Below are positions 27,590-38,420 of a stretch of DNA of 64,000 nucleotides, piece by piece. Below the pieces are notes generated by a model that worked only from the letters and a program-made list of their open reading frames with translations, searched no databases and was not told the DNA's origin. Each line of letters starts with the position of its first letter. The stretch's first letter is position 1. The translations under genes were made by a program, and so were the position numbers. Source of the DNA: Octopus vulgaris (Eukaryota); contig OX597823.1 of assembly GCA_951406725.2 (NCBI GenBank), forward strand, positions 102,796,001 to 102,860,000, written 5' to 3'.

Positions 27590-27905
27590 TCTATATTTAA
27601 AAGATGAGGAATTATTTACATTATTTAGAGTTGACGGATATTTGTCCTCATCTTGTTTGTTGTTAACACATTGTTTCAGCTGATATACCCTCCAGCCTTC
27701 ATCAGGTGTCTTGGGGAAATTTCGAACCTGGGTTCTCATTCCTAGGGTATTTTTCAATGTTATTGCTATTATTATTATTATTATTATTATTCAGGTCACT
27801 GCCTGGAATTGAACTTGGAATCTTGGGGTTAATAGCCCTGGCATATGGCATAGTGGTTAAGAGTGCAGACTACTAACTCTAAGATTCTGAGTTCGATTCC
27901 AAACA
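27590..27905 (-). mobile_element. Repeat with a degenerate hammerhead motif (27666-27709) and adjacent tRNA-like heads
   Basis: acac-CTGATGA-aggctg...cagct-GAAAC-aat-gtgt. B-box-like gagttcgattcc at 27889-27900. Confidence 0.55.
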
Positions 27906-28130
27906 AGATCATTCATTTCTTATCTTCTGTGTCTAGCCATGGGGAAATATTACCTCGCTTGGAAACTAGTGAGGGATAGCGACAGGAAGGGCATCTGCCT
28001 GGAGAAAATCTGCCTCAACAAATTTTGTCTGACCCATGTAAACATGGAAGTGTGGACATTAAATGATGATGTTGATGATGATGATAACACACACACACAC
28101 ACACATGTATATATAAAATTTATCACAAAC

Positions 28131-28351
28131 CTTTATTGCTTCTAGGTCACCATGCCAAGCTGCATGACAGAGTGGGGTTGCAGCATTGGCCAAATCTCCA
28201 TCTGGGTTTGCACCATGGATGAGAAGAAATCTTGCAACATCAAAGTGTTGATTTCGAAGTGCTAGGAAGAGAGGCGTTTGAGCTTTGATGTCTGAGGTAG
28301 ATGTAATACAGTTATGCTCCAGAAGTAACTTTACACATTCTAGATTACCTC
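28131..28351 (-). CDS. ASB1-like, coding exon 2 of 4 (missing from the ORF track)
   Basis: Acceptor ctttcttag|, donor AAG|gtttgt. Translates GGNLECVKLLLEHNCITSTSDIKAQTPLFLALRNQHFDVARFLLIHGANPDGDLANAATPLCHAAWHGDLEAIK (ankyrin repeats). 221 nt, phase 1 to 0. Confidence 0.93.
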
Positions 28352-28989
28352 CTAAGAAAGAAAGAAAGATAACAATGGAATATCTTTAACAATAATTCAT
28401 TAGCAGTATTAATTAAAATGATTTTGAATATTGGCAATGAAAAATAGAAAAGTCAAAAATTTATTAAGGGTAGGATGTGGTGCATTGTGAGTACAGTGGA
28501 GTGGAGTTAATTGAATCAGTCTTTGTAAGTGATTGGTACCTATCATACCCAGGGGAAAATAAAATTAGAATAAAAAGGAACATAATCATGTCCTGCAGTT
28601 TGGGGTCAGTTAATCAAAAACAGCTGATTGAAATACAATTCTTTTATCTTTTATTTGTTTCACTCATTGGGCTGTAGCCATGCTGGGCATCACCTTGGTG
28701 TTTCTAGTCAAATAAATCTACCCCAATAAAATAAGTATCAATCATTAACTGGGGTCAATGTAATTGACTACCCTCTCCCACCAAATTTCAGGCTTTGTGC
28801 TTATATTAGAAAAGATTATTATCATCATCATCATCATCATTATTATTATTATGATTATTATTATTATACCAGTGGCAAAGGTTGATAAATTAAGTACCAG
28901 TAAAACATTGGGGTCGATGTACTTAATTGGTCCCCTTGCCCAAAATTTCAGGCCATGAGCCTATAGCAAAAAGAATTAGTATGTGTTAA

Positions 28990-29500
28990 GTGTCTATAAC
29001 AAAAATTTAGAAAATGTTGTAGCTATATCGGGAGATAATACTGAAGTGAACAAATCTATAGCCATTGATTGGATGTGCCTCTCATAAATTCAATCTAGCT
29101 GTTTCTGCTTATCTTGACAAGCAGGAAGTTCTGCTTGATAAAATTAATATGTTGATGGGCAAGGTAAAGTCATTAAAACTTGCAGGTAAACTGTGGGAAA
29201 AAAAGCCTTTGCAACCTATACAAAGAAATAAAACCTGTTGGTCCAGTACTTATGACATGATTGAGAAGTACATCCAACTCAAGCCATTTTTAGACTCGTT
29301 TCAAGGTGATCCAAAGCTGGTTGATGATCTGTTGACTCCACATGATCATAATGATCTGCAGACTCTAAAATATAATTTAGGAAAGTTAAGCTCAGTAACA
29401 GTCACTTTGCAAAGAACAGAAATAGATTTGGGAGATGCTCAAATTCTTTTTGACAAAATTCTAGCATTATATCCTTATGAGGAGTTTTAAAAATATTTGC
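28990..29500 (+). mobile_element. hAT-like transposase remnant
   Basis: ISGDN, GCASHKFNLAV (CxxH) and NKTCWSSTYDMI (TRWxST) motifs. Confidence 0.8.
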
Positions 29501-30283
29501 TTCCATTAGCACAGCCCAAATTTCTCATCCTTGTTTTTATGTCTTTTATTTTTACAGTGTACATTTATTTACTTGGCCGAGTTGAATTCAATGAAATTTC
29601 TAAGCCTTTCATCATTTGTTTTCAATAGTGCAATTGATTTTGTATCTAGTTTGTGAGATTCTTTGTTAGTTAGTTGGGTATTTAACGAATCAACTAATAA
29701 TAAAAGAGTTTGATTGACCCTTTTAAAGTCAGGTGTGGCTTATTGACACACAGCTAAATTGTGAAGAAGATAGTGTTCTTGGTGAAACATGGTTTTCACC
29801 ATGTAAACAGAGAAGCATGGTGCATGTGTTTATTATATTTGGAGATGAGGAAAATATAAAGGTTGCACAGGAACCACTGATCTAGTGATTAATTGAATAT
29901 AATGCCACATTTGCATCATAAGCTGTTTGATTGATTATCATATTTTTTCCTTTTTTATTTTGCATCTCACATGAAAAGATTTATTTACACCTGGCCTTAG
30001 AGGATTAATAATATTAGCATAATGATACTCCCTAGACACAACAAAAAAGTGTAACTGATCTTTCTCTTTTTTATAATTCATCCTTATCTATTTAAATTGT
30101 TACTTGTTTAATATTTTTCCATAGCTTTATAGCAGTGCCATTCTTATTTACATATTTGGACATTTATGTCACTGGTCACCAAAATGTGGGTCAAAATAAG
30201 ATTTTGTGGTTAAAAATTTATGTGGAATAAATTGGTTTTATTTCTACAATACACAAAATATTTTAACAACTTTTTATACAATT

Positions 30284-31660
30284 CATCATCATCATCATTT
30301 AATGTCCGTTTTCCATGCTGGCATGGGTTGGACGGTTTGATTGAGGTCTGGGAAGCCAGGAGGCTGCACCAGATTCCAATCTGATCTGGCAATGTTTCTA
30401 CAGCTGGGCAATGTTCCTAATACCAACAACTCTGAGTTTAGTGGGTGCTTTTCACATGCCACTGGCACAGGAGCCAGTCAGGTGGGCCTGGCATCGATCA
30501 CATTCAGATAGTGCTTTTTACGTGCCACTGGCACAGGGGCTAGTCAGGGGGTACTGGCATTGGCCACATTCGGTTGGTGCTTTTTATGTGCTACTGGAAT
30601 GAGAGGCAGTCAGGGAGTACTGGCATCGGCCACATTCGGATAGTGCTTTTTACATGCCACCAACATGGGAGCCAGTCAGGTGGCCCTGGCATTGGCCACA
30701 TTCGAATGGTGCTTTTTACATGCCTCCAGCATGGGATCAAACAGGGGACAATGGCCACAGCTACAATATTGGTTTTACTTGACTCAACAGGTCTTCTCAA
30801 GCATATCACATCGTAAGACACATCAGGGGGTACTCTTAACTGGACCGGACATGTGTGGCTGCAATCTCACTTTAGTTGCCAGGTCTTTTAAATCACAGCA
30901 TATCTCCAAAGGTCTCGACCTCCTGTCATTGCTTCTGTAAGGCCCAATGTTCAAAGATCATATTTCACTACCTCACCTCATGTCTTCCAGGGTCTACCTC
31001 TCCCACAGGTTCTTTCCACAGTTAGGGAGTAGCACTTCCTCACGCAGCTGTCCTCATCCATACATAACACATGACCACACGAGTGCAGTTGTCTCTCTTG
31101 CACACCACATCTGATGCTTCTTGTGCCCAACTTTTCTCTCAGGGCACTTACACTCTGTCATGTATGCGCATTGACATTATACATCCAGTGGATCATACTA
31201 GCTTCATTTCTTCCAAGCTTACACATGCCCTCAGCAGTCATGGCCCATGTTTCAGTGCTGTGTAGCATGGCAGTTCACACATATGCATCATACAGTCTAC
31301 CTTTCATCCTGAACGAGAGGCCCTTGGTTGCCAGCAGAGGTAGGAGCTCCCTGAACTTTTCCTAGGCTATTCTTATTCTAGCTGCTACACTTTCAGAGCA
31401 ACCACCCCCACTACAGACCTGGTCACCTAGGGAGTGGAAGCTATTAACTACTTCTAGTTTCTCCCACTGGCATGTAATGGAATCTGTTTTCTGAACATCT
31501 TTGGTGTTTACTGCCCCTGTGCATCTGCCACACACAAAAACAATTTTCCCAGTTAACCTTCCTTTGATATTGCTGCACCTTTTATGTGTCCATAGCTTAC
31601 ACTGGGTACATCATATGGAGTTGCTACCCAGCCTTTTCTACAGGTCGAGCAGAGCCATCT
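30284..31660 (-). mobile_element. 5'-truncated RTE-like LINE with (GAT)n tail, degenerate
   Basis: Minus-strand remnants GHV..MDEDSCVRKC..LTVE.TCGRGRP.KT, 3' motif related to ggaagggcatccagctgtagaaac, and a gatgatgat tail. The same family occurs at 716-1320, 40540-41300, 46040-46980 and 47909-48135. Confidence 0.8.
30445..30740. repeat. 66-bp degenerate tandem repeat, about 4.5 copies, within the LINE 3' UTR
   Basis: gtgctttt recurs at 30445, 30511, 30577, 30643 and 30709. Confidence 0.9.
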
Positions 31661-32284
31661 ATTCCTAATAATATTTAATTATAAAAATATATTAGGGATT
31701 TTTAAACATCAAATGGCTATAAGGGTCTATCCAAGTAAAATAGGAATCAAAGGGTAAAAATGGTTGACAATCAGCGTTAAACTGTTTTACCCTAGGTAAG
31801 AAGTTGGAGACTTATCTATTCCACACTTATAATAACATCTTTATATTCATTTTTTATAGTGGAACAATAAGAAGATCACTAATAGGATTTCTGAAAGATT
31901 GTCAAGATGCTTACATGCTTATAAATGCATTTTCATATAATGCAGTAAGAATGAATTTGAGCAATCGCTAACCAAATTAATAACCATATTTATCTTATGG
32001 TATGGACTGTAATCTCCCCATTCTTATAAGCACAAAGCATTTATTTGATTCATTGTGTGAGCATATGTGCACCAAATCATGCGTATGTGTATGCTTATAT
32101 CCTCGTGTAAGTTTGTACGAGTGAGTGTATGTGCACCATACAACCTAAGCAAGGGTGTTTATACATCCATATCTGCTAACGGTTACATTTGGTACTTTTT
32201 CGATGTATTGTGTATTTGTTTCTTTTGCCATCTGATTTTTATTCATCTTCTATAATAATGAAGCTGTATCTCTTAATTTTAAAC

Positions 32285-32790
32285 CCTTTAGCAAAGCAGT
32301 TAGGAAGTGAGGGTTACCATTGTACAGTGAAAATAGTTGAAGTTGGATGGCGAGGATTCATGGCTGCATCAACATGTCGGCTACTCAGGCAGCTGGACAT
32401 CAGAGGCTGCAGAAGAACTGCCACAATTAAACGCTTCTCTAATGTTGCTGAAAAGAGCTCAATGTGGATATGGGCGAAAAGGAATGACCAATGGAAAGTT
32501 ATGGATTCCATTGGTTATTTACAGGAATAGAAGGAAGAAGAGAACTAACTTTACCATCGGTCAGAGTGGCCTGGTAGGCTGAAATAAAACACAGACCTGG
32601 GAACAAAAGAACAATCCAGGTTCAAATCCTGCTGGAGACAGGACTTTGGAAAGCAACAGGAGGACACCAAGGAGTCGTGACCTGGGTGGGCCTGGCTCCT
32701 GTAGAGTGTCAGGTATAACGGCCAAAACACTTGGATGAGATTTCTTCCTCTGAAGATCTCTCTCGTTGTGCACTCACCTTGTGGTGAGTT
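32285..32790 (+). mobile_element. Hero/NeSL-like non-LTR retrotransposon 3' fragment (restriction-like endonuclease end and 3' UTR)
   Basis: VEVGWRGF...VAEKSSMWIWAKRNDQW matches the VEVGCRGF...AExxSxWLW C-terminus of RLE-encoding LINEs. Confidence 0.75.
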
Positions 32791-32880
32791 TCTGTTATTT
32801 TTTCATAATTAATGTTTGCATAGTAAGGAGTATTGGAGGTAAGCTCCAGGCAAACAGAGCAGGCTTCAATAATACTACCT

Positions 32881-33299
32881 ATTAGGTGGCGAGCTGGCAG
32901 AATCGTTAGCACGTCAGGCGAAATGCTTAGCGGTATTTCGTCTGCCGTTACGTTCTGAGTTCAAATTCCGCTGAGGTTGACTTTGCCTTTCATCCTTTCG
33001 GGGTCGATTAAATAAATACCAGTTACGCACTGGGGTCGATATAATCGACTTAATCCGTTTGTCTGTCCTTGTTTGTCCCCTCTGTGTTTAGCCCCTTGTG
33101 GGCAGTAAAGAAATAGGTATTTCATGTGCCGTTACGTTCTGAGTTCAAATTCCGCAGAGGTCAACTTTACCTTTCGTCCTATCGGGGTCGATTAAATAAG
33201 TACCAGTTACGCACTGGGATCGATATAATCGACTTAATCCGTTTGTCTGTCCTTGTTTGTCCCCTCTGTTTATAGACCCTTGTGGGCAATAAAGAAATG
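32881..33299 (+). mobile_element. SINE family A tandem dimer with a single TSD
   Basis: A full copy followed by a head-truncated copy. TSD aataatactacct at 32868-32880 and 33300-33312. Confidence 0.88.
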
Positions 33300-35052
33300 A
33301 ATAATACTACCTTTTTATAAACAATAAAAACCTCATATTCCAATCAAGCTAATATTTATTAAACCCACAGTAATTTAAATACTAAATAGTTATAAATATG
33401 ACTACAGAGTCATACTTTTAACTATTAAGTATTAGAGTGAAATTAGGCCCAATGATGATCTTTTCAATGGCCTAAGTGCAGAAGTGAACCGACCATTTTC
33501 GTTACCCTAACCCAGCTCCACGATGACTTTTTCAGCGGCTATCAAGGACGGAGATCGTGGTTATTTTTTTTTTTCATTTGTTCAATACACATTTGAAATG
33601 AAAAAAATAGTCACAAAACTTACTAAATAAAGTAAGTTTTGTGACGAGAGAGAGAGAGTGTGTGTGTGTGTGTTTAAAAGTAAATATAGATTTCGCAAAT
33701 TATACAATAAATATATATACATACATACATATATCGGGGATCGACTGGTCAACCAGAGTCGTTCCTTTGAAGAATTTGGACAGCTTTAAAGAAGCAACTT
33801 TTTTTTTTTTTTTTAAGAAATATTTTCTATCGTTATTTACAATGAGTCAATGAAAAGGAACGTAATTTAGAAAAGTAAATAGCAAGAAAATGGAGAAAAA
33901 AAAGAGGCAGGTCGGTAAATAAACACTTAAAATAGAAATATGCACATCCCCCACCGATCATGCATCACGCAGGGGAAAAACGGAGGTTCCTTGCTAGAAA
34001 GTTTAGGGACACAACCAAAATGCCTGAAATAGGGTTTTGAAAATTGAAATGTAAAGAGGGTTCCAACAAAATCTATCAATGTTTTGCTAAATTTGCAACA
34101 CTTTTGAAATATTTTATAAAATAAAAAAATTACACAGATATCGAAAGGCAATCTTTGGTTTTAATTATAAGCGCCGTAGTAGTGAAATTAATTATTAATA
34201 TTTACCATTAACAGGCTTTTTTTAAATCATTTTCCGCGTGAATATTGGTCAGGAGAAATGGCAGCTAAAACGCCTGGCTTTATTTATTTACAACCCTTAT
34301 CATTCCGAGCTCAAATCACGCTGAGGTTGACGTCACCCTTTATTTTTCCAGTTCCATGAAATAAGCACAAGTCGGACACTAGAATATCTATGATAGACCA
34401 TACCATTTCACTAAAATGCTTAGTCTTGGACCAATGGTTAAAAATGATCGTTCTGGATCTTGCTATCTGTCCAAGGTCCGAATTATCTCTTGGGAATAAA
34501 CTGACGATGACAAAGGTGCAGTAAAGTCTGCCTCTCTTCATATTATTCTGTAAGAATAACGATTCCTGCACCGTTTTGTTATTGTGATGAGTTAGATTTA
34601 TTTCCTAAATACATCACTGAATGATGAAGAAGTTGAAATAAAAATTTTCAAAAATAACGCATGTTTGGAATATGGTCAAAATACTTTAGGACAAATAATA
34701 ACATCAACAGAGAACATCGGGGCCAAATCTTATTTCCGTTTACCCTAAGAAAAAAAAAAACGAAACCAATTATCAAACGAACAAATGTAAAGGAAAGAGA
34801 ATTAAAGATAATGTTTTAGTCCAAATTATCGATTTTGTAACAACAATAACGTATTCGATATTTTGATGATTTCATCTGTTGAGATTATTTCTCTTTAATT
34901 CTACCATTTCTCGGTGATGTGTCTGTGTGGATGTTTTTCTACACATCCACATCGCCGAATAATGAAGTAAACAGAAATAATTCATAGTGAAAAGATTATC
35001 AGAATACCATAGATACGTAAAGGAAATAAATAAATGCCAAAATGTTTGGTAC

Positions 35053-35248
35053 CAGCAGCTGCTTGTGCCAGGGGTGTTTGTCCCATGCAGTTCTTCAGGT
35101 TGATATCAAGCGGAGTACAGTGTGGAGCTAAGAGAAGGGATCGCATCTGATCCAAGTTACCATCTCGTGCTGCTTTATGTAAATCACTGTCTTCAACATC
35201 TCCAAGTTGGTCAAAGACCGGATGGAGTAAAACCTGCATGGGATTCAT
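35053..35248 (-). CDS. Ankyrin repeat and SOCS box protein (ASB1-like), coding exon 1 of 4
   Basis: ATG at 35248 with an upstream in-frame TAG at 35260-35262. Encodes MNPMQ...SDLHKAARDGNLDQMRSLL...GQTPLAQAAA (ankyrin repeats). Donor G|gtacca, phase 1. Confidence 0.9.
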
Positions 35249-36099
35249 GCTTGGTTGAACTAACCAACCATTTTTGATTCATAGAAATTCTTCACTTGTT
35301 TGGCCGTTCTCGGAGAACAGTTTTACAAGGGACATCATTCACAATGCACTGACTGTCTTTGCTTTTTGCATGTCTGCTAGAGCGTCTCAACGAAATTTTC
35401 TTCCCTTGCTTGTTATCTGCTATTGATCAATTTGTGGTGGAAAAACAGCTCCTGTTTTCCAAATTTTATGAGAGAAAATATCAGAAATTAGTTTAGAGAA
35501 TAAGAAGGAAAGACGATGAGAAGAAATGTGTTGATTGGCAACTCGTAAAAATATCGAAATGCATGATAGTACACATGTATCATATTAGAAACGATATTTT
35601 CTTACAAAATAAAAAAATAGTGAATTTAAAAAATATCTAATCAAATGTTTCTAATATATTTTCACAAACAAAATTCATGGTAATTAGAAATAATAATTAT
35701 CAGTAAATCAAATATATTTCAAGAATAATCACAAATAATTTTAAAATATTTATTAAACTATCACATTTCACAGGGTAGAATAGAGATAATAGACTAAGAT
35801 TACTTCCAAAAAAAATCATTGAAGTAAATAATTAATAATAAAATGATCAATAGTAAGATTATTAGAATCTTTTCCGAAAAGATCCGATTATTTAATTAAT
35901 AGATGGAAATTTAACTCTACTGAAATATTTTAACACATGATCACAAATTAACTCTTATTCTCATACAAACATACAAAAAAATAAATACATATATTAATGT
36001 ATGTTTAAATGTGATCATCTGTGAATGCTAATTCATAAAAGACTGTTTACAACTCTAACTTTGTAAAAAGTACTTAACCCTCTAGCTTTTTCACCCTTC

Positions 36100-37600
36100 T
36101 AAAGTACTCCTTTTCAATTTTCGTTTTCATTTCTATAGTTGGTACTCTGTCAGATGCTAATACTCTTAGATACTAATAACTCTCTTCTTCTTTCAATGAT
36201 TTTAATGTCAGGCCATCTGGTAATTGGATGCTTTCACTGTTCTATCTGTCCCCTTCTCATGACTAATATTCTACACTTATCTGTGCCAAATTCCATTCCT
36301 ATATTACAGTCTGTATTAAGAAATCTATCTCTTTTACATTCTTACTTAAAAGCTTCAGATCACCCATGTAGAGCAAATGGTTAATTTTTCCATTAATATT
36401 TCTGAACTGATATTCTGCCTTTGCCTTCCTAAATACTAAATTGAGGGGCACCAAATGTAAGACAAATATTAAAGGGGACAACAAGTCCCCCTGGAAAATT
36501 CCTCTTTTGATATTAACTTTCCCCAAGACTATGTCACTTGACTAGAGTGGAGATCTACTTTCCATTTCTTCATGCTAAAGCTAATTAATTCTCTTATGCT
36601 GTCTGCTGTATTGAATATACTCAGACATTCACTTGTCCAAGAGTGTTAGATCATGTCATACGATTTCCTATAATTTATCCATGCTATTGTTAGATTTCTA
36701 GCCTTTACTTCATTTAGAACAGAATCTATTCTGCTGATACTGATCTTATCTTTTTCTGATATCTGGAGAGCTTGCCTGCAACTGCTATAATACACTGTTT
36801 CAACTCTTATATTACTGTCTCAAATCCTTTCTCTTTGACTAAGTATCTTTTCTCGAAGGAAGATTTGCATCTTGTGTTTCCTACCTTGTTCAATTTCCAG
36901 GCGTCTATTCTACTCATATCTTGTCTTAAAGTCTTCACTTTATTTTGTAGTCTCCTTTTCCACATTTGCTCTTTTTCAATCTTTTCCTGTGAGATATATA
37001 ATCTTCAGGTGACTACCACCCCTCCTGCATAGATCAGTAAGTTAGTGTCCCCTATATTTTTAGTATCTATCCTACTGAAAACAGAATTTACTTTCCTAGT
37101 CCTTTCTTGCAGCTTCCTTCTGTTGGTGCCTTTTAATTATGGCAATCTTTTTCTTACTTCTTTACTCATTATTCCTTGCAACTCATCTAAAATCTTCTGC
37201 TCTTCTTCAGTTAAATCACTAACGGCACTGGTACCAGTTGTCCTTTCTTTATTGGTAACACTATTATTATTTTTTCCTTTGTTTTCTTCTGTGGCATGAG
37301 CTGTGTCTCTTATGTTGTTGTTTGTCTTTCCCACTGCCTAGTCTTTCTTTTCCAGTTCTCTTGTGATCTCTTCTACCTCTAATTCTGTCAACCACTTTCT
37401 TCTAATAGCATTAGCTCAATCTACTAATCTCTGCTCAGACACTTTAAACATACCCTTCTCTACCTAAAGTGTTAACATCCGTTTTCTTTAGCCCCTTTTT
37501 TAGGTTCACTTTCTCAGTAGCACTGCATCACTATTCTGTTTTCTTCGCTGGTCTACTTCCTCCCCTTTACTCTATTATCTGCTGATGCTGTATTAGGATA
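36100..37600 (-). mobile_element. R4/Dong-like non-LTR retrotransposon remnant
   Basis: VNIKRGIFQGDLLSPLIF and INHLLYMGDLKL RT motifs. Internally deleted with many stops. Confidence 0.78.
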
Positions 37601-37789
37601 ACAGCTGTGATCAGTCTGCATCTTTACTGAACCATTGCCAAGCAAGAGCCCTTCTCTTAAAGTTCCAGCTTCATTTTCGCTGTTACAACCAGAGTTTCTT
37701 CAGAAACTCCTGTCTCTCATAAACTGAGCTAAGGTGATGTTCGTCACCAACGTCATCACCACTATTAGTTTACAACATCTGATAGTTTC

Positions 37790-38420
37790 AAACAACTTTC
37801 TATTGCATCATTTGTTGCACCTTTGTGCTGGTGGGGTGGGGTCTGCTGCATTTTCTTGGTAGCAGGGGATATTGTATTGTATCAGTATGTTTTTTTATGG
37901 GGTTGGTTTGAGTCTTTTGCTATATTAGTTTTTTTGTATTGTGTGTTGTTTGTGTGGCACAGGTTGTGTTCTGTTGAATATCGGCCTTCTACGGCACATG
38001 TTATGGGCCTTGGTCATTTTGTTGGGTATTTACAGTATGAGTTTATTCCTGTATGTTTTTGGAGGAGTGTTGCATAGTAGTGTGTGTTAATCATAAATCA
38101 ACTATGTCATCTCTCCACTGTTCTTTCTCTTTTGGTTGGTTTTGTTATGGGCTCGTTTTAAGATCTGCTTTAGCAAGGTTTCTATGGTTAGAGATACTTT
38201 CTATTGTCAACCACTTTACTGGGTATTTTTTTCATGCTACACTAATGAGGCCACCATGCAGTTTGCAACACTACAAGCCCTAAGTGGGTATCTTTATGCT
38301 CAGAGATTACTGGTAAAGGTATGAGGGAAAGAGCCAAAGCAGAATAGTTTTCCTGTTGTAGAGGAGCTACATGACTTCTCGTATTTTAGAAGAGAAGGTG
38401 GAAGTGTTTGAGAAGCTGGA
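37790..38420 (-). mobile_element. Probable degenerate Penelope-like fragment
   Basis: Composition and a short HPTSTK motif resembling the PLE post-RT HTH region. Heavily decayed. Confidence 0.35.
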
